A stretch of 63,889 nt of DNA, the filler included, from Vicugna vicugna (taxonomy: Eukaryota), in the NCBI GenBank assembly GCA_013265495.1. It is 77 parts of 76 records of this genome, joined end to end, with 100 filler letters (N's around TTAATTAATTAA, not from the genome) between each part and the next. Parts side by side here need not be neighbours in the genome. Positions count along the whole stretch, not along the records: positions 61,098 to 61,967 come from PNXW01025422.1; positions 62,068 to 62,965 come from PNXW01025423.1; positions 63,066 to 63,589 come from PNXW01025427.1; positions 63,690 to 63,889 come from PNXW01025568.1; 73 more parts are not named here. One strand, written 5' to 3'. A program made the translations under genes and the position numbers. The notes under the pieces are model-generated. The model saw only the letters and a list, made by a program, of their open reading frames with translations, searched no databases and had not been told where the DNA came from. Shown here piece after piece: positions 60,998 through 63,889 of the stretch (position 1 is its first letter; each line of letters begins with the position of its first letter).

Positions 60998-62067
60998 NNN
61001 NNNNNNNNNNNNNNNNNNNNNNNNNNNNNNNNNNNNNNNNNTTAATTAATTAANNNNNNNNNNNNNNNNNNNNNNNNNNNNNNNNNNNNNNNNNNNNAGA
61101 AGGGTTGGGGAGCATGAGCTTAGATAATGGGAGGAGAAAAAGTCAAGGAGGCAATTCATACTTTGTGCAGGATATGAGAAACAGTAGCTTTTCTTTTCTC
61201 TTTTCTTCTAAAGCAAACTGGCACTGAATTGTAACCAACTATTACTCAGAATTGCTTTTCTGACCAGATACAAGTGCCTCAGATTTTTCAAGGCAATATG
61301 AATGATGAAATGTGTTTAAGCAGTTATCTTTAAAAGTAGTTTTATATTTCAAGTAAAAGGCTATTGCCTGTTCTTTCTTCCAGCGGTACAAGAAATTCTC
61401 ATTGATCTATGTACATGATCTATGTGCTTAGTTTCTATGGCTTTTTCTTTTAAGGGCTTGTTTTATTGTGGTTTGAATGAATGTTTAAAATCTCTGGATG
61501 TTTATCTTTAGAACATGCTGATTTATCAGAACTGTTAAAACCTGATTTTTGTTTGGTCCTTGCTTGTTGGGGCAACCTATTGATTTCTGTTGTCGGTTAA
61601 AGAGGGAAATTCTTCCTCTAGCCTGCAGATCATTAAGTGAATGGTTAGCAGTGTGCCTTTAATATTATTTGAATGCATTGATCATGTTTGTCCAGTGAAT
61701 TTTGAATTGACTCATTGTAATGACTTTGCTTTGGTTCTGTGGCTTTTGCTCCTCTGCACAAGAATTTGAATTCTCTGTTGCATTTTGTATACGTGTTCTT
61801 CACAGGGGAAGAAATTTTGTATTTTTTACAGAGGTGGGTTTTCCTATCCCCTCTGAATGCCTTCTGTAATTGATAAAATGAAAGTCTGTTATTGCAGTGC
61901 ATAATTATTTCATAAAATATGCTTTGGCATAATCAGAAACAATGACAAAGAATGATAATAAAAAATANNNNNNNNNNNNNNNNNNNNNNNNNNNNNNNNN
62001 NNNNNNNNNNNTTAATTAATTAANNNNNNNNNNNNNNNNNNNNNNNNNNNNNNNNNNNNNNNNNNNN

Positions 62068-62965
62068 CCTCTATAAAAGTAATATTTTCTTCTAGACGCG
62101 TGTACACATTTTTACAAGCTTTCCCTAACACCAAATTCTTCTTCGTGCTATTTTCACAGAAACATATTTCTGGAGCTATTTCCACCTAACAGATATGTAA
62201 TTTACATGAATTCCTTCAACATGGCATTCCGGGTTCCGTACATGTTACATGCATGACAGATTCGGCAATCATGCATTTCTGACTTGTGAGCATGTGGATT
62301 ACACAGACCTTTCACCCTCCGAACAAGGCGTATATAGACTTAGAAATATTTACTCTGACTTCATAGGTTTTTCCGATCACCAGGTTCTAGAATCGGACAT
62401 ATGGCACCAGTAAACACTCTTTGAGCGTATTCTCACCAATACACATGTTATTTACATTGTTTACATAAGCATGGAATTCCGTTCTACGAGCATGTTTCAT
62501 GCATCACGGATTCCTCAAACATGCATTTCTGAGTTGTGAACATGCACATGACTGATGTTTCCAAAACCAAACAAGTTACCTACACACTCTGAATTATTTA
62601 CATTGATTTCGTAGCTTCTTACTTTCACCAGTTTTAAGAATCACACTCAGATCCCAGAAAAACCCTCTTGGAGCGAATTCTACCCTACAGATATGTAATT
62701 TGAATAGATTCCATCTACATGATATTCCGTGTTCCGTACATAAAAAAAATACATGACGGATTTGACAAACATGCATTTCTGAGTTGAGAGCATGTGGATT
62801 ACTAATCTTTCATCCTCTATAAAAGGAATATTTTCATCTAGACACGTGTACAGATTTTCATAAGCTTTGCCTAAAACCAGCTACAAATTCGTGCATTTTT
62901 CACAAAAAATTATTTCTGGTGCGATTTCCACCTAATAGGTATATAATTTACATGAATTCCATCAA
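62068..62965 (+). repeat. AT-rich satellite, 746-bp unit
   Basis: CCTCTATAAAAG at 62068 and 62814, with subunit motifs at 62220, 62470 and 62718. Confidence 0.95.
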
Positions 62966-63065
62966 NNNNNNNNNNNNNNNNNNNNNNNNNNNNNNNNNNN
63001 NNNNNNNNNTTAATTAATTAANNNNNNNNNNNNNNNNNNNNNNNNNNNNNNNNNNNNNNNNNNNN

Positions 63066-63589
63066 ATTGCAAATTAAAACCACAATGAGGTATCACTTCA
63101 CACTGGTCAAACGACTGTAATCAAAAAGTCTACAAATAGTAAGTGTTGGAGACAATGTGGAGGTAAGAAATCTCTTGTGTACTCTTGGTATTAATGGAAA
63201 TTGGTAGACATTCTAAGGAAAACCGTATTCAGATTTGTTTAAAAACTTAAAAGTTAAATACCATATGACCCAGTAATTACTCTCCTCGGAAAAATCTGGG
63301 GAAACATCCTAAATTGAGAAGAACCAATGTTCAAAACAGCACTGTTAATAATATGCAAGTTAGGGAAGCAATCCAAGAGTCCACAGTAGACTATAGACTT
63401 AAGAAGAAATGATGTTTCTATTAATATGCAATGGAATATTACTCAGCCATGCAAAAGTATAACACATTGCTATTTCAGAACATCACGAAAGGACCTAGTA
63501 AATATTGTACTAAGTGAAGTAACTTAGACAAACACAAAAGTATGTAATATAATTTATATGTGGAATCTAAAGAATAACATATCTGTGTA
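63066..63589 (+). mobile_element. Degraded L1 3' end, paralog of 41821-42050
   Basis: TGCAAATTAAAACCACAATGAGGTATCAC...CAATGGAATATTACTCAGCCAT...TATATGTGGAATCTAAA. Confidence 0.9.
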
Positions 63590-63689
63590 NNNNNNNNNNN
63601 NNNNNNNNNNNNNNNNNNNNNNNNNNNNNNNNNTTAATTAATTAANNNNNNNNNNNNNNNNNNNNNNNNNNNNNNNNNNNNNNNNNNNN

Positions 63690-63889
63690 TCTCTCAAAGA
63701 GTGTTTTTGGGTGCCAAATGTCCGATGTTAGAACCTGGTGATAGAGAAACCTATGAAGTCAGAGGAAATATGTCTAAGTCTATATACGCCTTGTTCGGAG
63801 GATGAAAGGTCAGTAATCCACATGCTCACAAGTCAGAAACGCATGATTGCCAAATCTGTCATACATGTAGCATGTAAGGAACCCGGAAT
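63690..63889 (-). repeat. AT-rich ~740-bp satellite
   Basis: Reverse complement of 62225-62425. Confidence 0.93.

Overview
This is not prokaryotic DNA and not a contiguous locus. It is about 77 short, unplaced mammalian contigs/scaffolds (mostly 0.06-2 kb) joined by an artificial 100-bp spacer, N44-TTAATTAATTAA-N44, so adjacency across spacers means nothing biologically. A tRNA-Ala-type SINE resembling camelid vic-1 and a 267-bp satellite point to a camelid, probably alpaca or a relative (from recall, not a database search). Five satellite types dominate: a GC-rich 267-bp monomer, a diverged ~266-bp relative with distinct monomer types, an AT-rich ~740-bp trimer of ~246-bp subunits, a 249-251-bp monomer, and a TATAGAA heptamer satellite with a 315-bp super-period. 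The rest is L1, LTR, MIR, L2 and MER fragments, degenerate telomeric repeat and several low-copy paralogous segments. No intact protein-coding gene is supportable. Three recognisable gene relics are present: (1) a mitochondrial ND4 segment with a 2-bp frameshift and an 80-bp duplication whose two copies differ only at synonymous sites; (2) an unprocessed MAPK1/ERK2 exon-1 pseudogene; (3) a JSRV-like betaretroviral gag broken by one 16-bp duplication. I found no evidence of a new multi-gene system. The best leads are the two-lineage ND4 junction, the near-intact betaretroviral gag and the homology linking the satellite families.
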